From NCBI GenBank assembly GCA_029856365.1, contig JAHQWW010000126.1:1-11146 (forward strand): a stretch of 11,146 nucleotides of DNA, in the 5' to 3' direction. This document shows, piece by piece, positions 8,087-11,146 of the stretch; the first letter of the stretch is position 1, and every line of letters starts with the position of its first letter. A program made the position numbers and the translations under genes. Origin of the DNA: Candidatus Hodarchaeota archaeon (GTDB lineage Archaea > Asgardarchaeota > Heimdallarchaeia > Hodarchaeales > Hodarchaeaceae). The notes beneath the pieces were generated by a model, which saw only the letters and a program-made list of their open reading frames with translations, had not been told where the DNA came from and did no database searches.

Positions 8087-9277
8087 ATGAGACGTGTAAG
8101 ATCATCTTCCACACAGCTAGGCATCCTTTTATTAGCCCGATTAGCTCTTGATCTCGATTTTCAGAGCATCATACTATATTTTAGCTCTTTCAGTGCGTCT
8201 TTTAACATCGAAGTATGGCTTATGGGATTAGTTATCTCAACTTATTCAATCTTTATTCTTCTAAGTCCCATTTTTGGCAATTTATCAGATCAATATGGAA
8301 GGAGGAAGTTTTTAATATTAGGACTATTGATATTCGCATTAAGCTCTACTCTTATGGTTATAGCACAGAACTGGATACAAATATTAGCAGCACGGGGCCT
8401 TGCTGGACTGTCAAGAGCTCTATTCTTGCCTTCATTGTTAGCAGAACTAGGAGATACATACTCCTATGAAAAGAGGTCGCGTGCAATGGGATTCGTGCGG
8501 CTGTCTTGGCCCATCACTTTTACTATTGGAGTGCCTTTAGTGGGCTATACGATTGAACATTTGAGTTGGCGTTTACCATTTGTGGTATTGGCAGTTCTTG
8601 CATTAAGTACAAGTCTATTAATTACCCTGATTGATTCCTCTGAAGATAAATCCATTAATCAAAGACCCACAGTGAAGCGAAGTATAGATTTATTCAAGAT
8701 AGTGGTGATGGATCGGAGTGCCCTTTCAGGGTTAATATTGTCATTATTTGCTGTTGGTGCTATTCAGGGGATCTTGGCTTTTTTTTCAATCTGGATGGAA
8801 AATGAATTCCAAATAAAGGAAACATCTATTAGTATGATTTATGCCTTTATGGGAGTGGGAACACTAATTGGGACTCTCCTCGCAACATGGATTGGAGATA
8901 ACATTGGACCAAAACGATGTGTTATTGTTGGTTTAGCAGTGGCCGCTAGCTGTATGATTTTACTATCTCATTTGTCTTTGAATACGTTGTTCGTAATCTT
9001 CTGGTTAATATTATTAGGAACTGCATTTGATTTCTCAATGACTGAGGTTCCTGTTTTACTTACTCAAGTAGCAACCAACTCTAAAGGAACTATTTTATCC
9101 TTAAATCTGGCCCTCAATGCAGGAGCCACGACTCTCTGTGCGGTGTTAAGCGGAATTATTTACACCGATTTCGGTTATACAGTGGTAGGAGTGTTCTTTT
9201 CCACCATGGCTTTCATAGGAGTATTAATTGGTTTTATTAATATCCAGGTTGAGTCAAACACTGAATATGAGAACTGA
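8087..9277 (+). CDS. Major facilitator superfamily transporter (DHA1/efflux-like)
   Basis: About 12 hydrophobic segments, motif A GNLSDQYGRRK, ARGLAG in TM4, the WR motif after TM5, and a second-half repeat GDNIGPKR. Confidence 0.95.
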   Translation: MRRVRSSSTQLGILLLARLALDLDFQSIILYFSSFSASFNIEVWLMGLVISTYSIFILLSPIFGNLSDQYGRRKFLILGLLIFALSSTLMVIAQNWIQILAARGLAGLSRALFLPSLLAELGDTYSYEKRSRAMGFVRLSWPITFTIGVPLVGYTIEHLSWRLPFVVLAVLALSTSLLITLIDSSEDKSINQRPTVKRSIDLFKIVVMDRSALSGLILSLFAVGAIQGILAFFSIWMENEFQIKETSISMIYAFMGVGTLIGTLLATWIGDNIGPKRCVIVGLAVAASCMILLSHLSLNTLFVIFWLILLGTAFDFSMTEVPVLLTQVATNSKGTILSLNLALNAGATTLCAVLSGIIYTDFGYTVVGVFFSTMAFIGVLIGFINIQVESNTEYEN

Positions 9278-9279
9278 GA

Positions 9280-9742
9280 AAGGGAAGAAGGAAGGGTCCT
9301 ACAATTAAAACAGGAAAATTCATCTGAATAATAAACAACAGTACCATAAAGGCACCAATATTACTTGGCCATCGTCTAGGATTCTAAGGATAATTTTTGA
9401 TGAATGTATGGTCAGAAATAAGTTCTGAAATGGGGATAGGGGGGATATTCGTTATAGGACATCATCCTCATCTAATTTTTTAAGGAAAGAAATAGTTTGG
9501 GCTCTTTGTAGTGTCAATTCATATTCTTTACTGTCTCGTTGTTGAATTAATCCTTTCTCCTGCAGTTTTCTGGATGATGATAAATAATTCCAAGATTTTG
9601 AAGAATTAATATTTATAATTCCGAATATGCAAGGTATATTTAACTCTCGGAGGATCATTGGCCTTGTGGAATGTGATAATATATTTAATAATTCTTGTTC
9701 GTTGATTTATGATATTTTGTTTTGTGGTATTTTGTTTCTCAC
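9280..9742 (-). pseudogene. Decayed winged-helix regulator with probable C-terminal membrane segment
   Basis: A GGAG RBS and GTG at 9742 are in frame with the 9452..9658 ORF, but codon 12 is TAA (9707-9709). Helix 1/2-like EQELLNILSHSTRPMILREL follows. The recognition-helix motif GIIYHH (9591-9574) lies in another frame immediately before RKLQEKGLI...YELT. Further stops follow, then a hydrophobic remnant (IGAFMVLLFIIQMNFPVLIVGPFLLPF) below 9380. Confidence 0.7.
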
Positions 9743-9819
9743 TAAGCAATACTCCAATTCATAAAAACAGAATCTCTCTCCTGACTTGTAGTATTGAAAA
9801 TTGAGAAGGAAAATCATCC

Positions 9820-10224
9820 TTAAAGTTTTCCAAATAGTCGAAAAATAAACTCTTCTAGACTTTTTGTTATACTTGGTGATTTTCTGAATTTACAATGATG
9901 TGGACAATAATCGTCTGCTATTATATGATGATTAGTCAAATCCCAGATAAATGGATAAAATTTACATCCTTCTGGTCTTATTTCATATATAGAACATAAT
10001 CCTTCGCTATCAAGAAAATAGCATTGAACTTTATTATCTATCTGATGATTCTTAAGCATTGGACGACCATCTTCGTTGAGAATAACAAACTCTTTAGCGG
10101 GGATTGATGTCTTTTTGACTATTCGATGAATATCGAGCTTTGTTAGCAACATCTCTGTTTCAATACAACATAGATGACAGTTATACAACTGACATATTTG
10201 TCCATCAACTATTTCTCTTTGCAT
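9820..10224 (-). CDS. YkgJ/UPF0153-family cysteine-cluster (Zn or Fe-S) protein
   Basis: C..(NC)HLCC, LT..DI.RI, CYFL....CSIYEIRPEGCKFYPF and a terminal CP. Confidence 0.92.
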   Translation of the reverse strand: MQREIVDGQICQLYNCHLCCIETEMLLTKLDIHRIVKKTSIPAKEFVILNEDGRPMLKNHQIDNKVQCYFLDSEGLCSIYEIRPEGCKFYPFIWDLTNHHIIADDYCPHHCKFRKSPSITKSLEEFIFRLFGKL

Positions 10225-10276
10225 CTGTCAACGCCATTGAATTAAAAATAAGAATTTAGAAAAATTGTCTCATGAT

Positions 10277-11047
10277 TTAGGTATATAAGATAAACTTAGG
10301 ATTTGAAAAGCTTTTTTCTAGATAAGTATCTACAGTTTCATCTAATTGAGTAAGATTGTGTTTTAGTAATTCAATTATTTCTATCAACTGATTTTCTAGG
10401 GCTTCTCTTGCTCGCGGATCTTGTAAAACATTAACAATATTTTGAAAGTTATCCTGAATTTCTAATAGGCATTTTTCAGTAATCTGATTACGTAGCTTTT
10501 CGATTGACGTTTTCAATTCTTTCTTTGAATCTTTTATCCATGGAAAATAAAGACAGAGTTCGCTACCATGAGAGATATCCGAGAAACAATTTTCAAAATC
10601 TATTCCCCAGAGTTTTCCCTCATGAGAAGTAAGGTAATTTCCACCGTGTCGATCTAATGCACCAATCCAAGCTTCAAATACAAAGAGATCAAAGAGATCG
10701 GTATTATTCGATAATATCAATTGGACGTCGGAGAATGAGGTTAAATCCTCACAATCTATCCATTCTTGGAATATACCAATTGAATGGCCCTTTCGAGCAA
10801 TTAATGATTGTGGAACTCGTATTCCTAGCTCTGTTGCTAAAAATGAAACAATACACTCTCGTACTAACGAATTAAAAGGTAATTTTTTCCAAAACCATTT
10901 ACGCTGATTATTATCAACGAAAAATAATGCCTGTTTCTTAAAATTTGAACCTCGAATATGTTTCAATAGAGTACTCTGAAAAACTAGTTTTGACTCTATC
11001 TGTTGAATAGGGTAGAGCTCTATCTCTGAGTACTCGGGTATCTCCAC
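10277..11047 (-). CDS. HipA-like / PI3-PI4-kinase-fold atypical kinase
   Basis: WFWKK (catalytic Lys region), ECIVSFLATELGIRVP (alphaC Glu), FEAWIGALDRHGGNYL (catalytic loop) and LWGIDFE (metal-binding Asp); GGGTGA RBS before the GTG start. Confidence 0.85.
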   Translation of the reverse strand: MEIPEYSEIELYPIQQIESKLVFQSTLLKHIRGSNFKKQALFFVDNNQRKWFWKKLPFNSLVRECIVSFLATELGIRVPQSLIARKGHSIGIFQEWIDCEDLTSFSDVQLILSNNTDLFDLFVFEAWIGALDRHGGNYLTSHEGKLWGIDFENCFSDISHGSELCLYFPWIKDSKKELKTSIEKLRNQITEKCLLEIQDNFQNIVNVLQDPRAREALENQLIEIIELLKHNLTQLDETVDTYLEKSFSNPKFILYT

Positions 11048-11145
11048 TAGATTTCACCCTTTGTGAATATGTTTGGTGAAAGGAATCCAATCGTTGCCTT
11101 AAGGCCACAATTATCACATCTATCGCTATTTAAAGAGATAGTCAG
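11047..11145 (-). CDS. C-terminal end of an upstream gene containing CxxC (partial, enters from the right edge)
   Basis: Open frame LTISLNSDRCDNCGLKATIGFLSPNIFTKGEI*. Its TAG overlaps the kinase GTG by one base (TAGTG), which is typical of translational coupling. Confidence 0.6.
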   Translation of the reverse strand: MTISLNSDRCDNCGLKATIGFLSPNIFTKGEI

Positions 11146-11146
11146 G

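Noticed and set aside
8215-8469. 84 aa plus-strand ORF
   Set aside because: Alternative frame inside the MFS gene, with no independent support.
10657-10875. 72 aa plus-strand ORF
   Set aside because: Antisense within the kinase gene.
1-11146. CRISPR arrays, IS elements, rRNA or tRNA genes
   Set aside because: No regularly spaced repeats, transposase or integrase motifs, terminal inverted repeats or GC-rich structured RNA segments were seen.

Overview
AT-rich, gene-dense archaeal window. The Asgard assignment (Heimdall/Hod/Loki-like) is my inference from the longin-like proteins, archaeal MfnA, GGTGA/GGAG ribosome-binding motifs and frequent TTG/GTG starts. From left to right it holds: (i) two tandem paralogous genes, of which the left one is missing from the ORF track and runs off the window edge; the complete copy reads as a double longin-like domain protein ending in an amphipathic, MinD-type membrane-targeting tail; (ii) a class I/II PLP aminotransferase; (iii) two adjacent long coiled-coil ORFs with an ambiguous junction; (iv) a small thioredoxin/glutaredoxin-fold protein; (v) MfnA Tyr/Asp decarboxylase; (vi) an Eis-type GNAT acetyltransferase divergent from an MFS transporter, with a palindrome between them; (vii) a decayed winged-helix plus membrane-domain pseudogene; (viii) a likely operon of a partial CxxC gene, a HipA/PI3-PI4-kinase-like kinase and a YkgJ cysteine-cluster protein. 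I see no rRNA, tRNA, CRISPR array or recognisable mobile element. The best novelty candidate is the tandem di-longin pair, a possible Mon1-Ccz1-like heterodimeric small-GTPase regulator. Its fold assignment is by eye and needs profile or structure confirmation.
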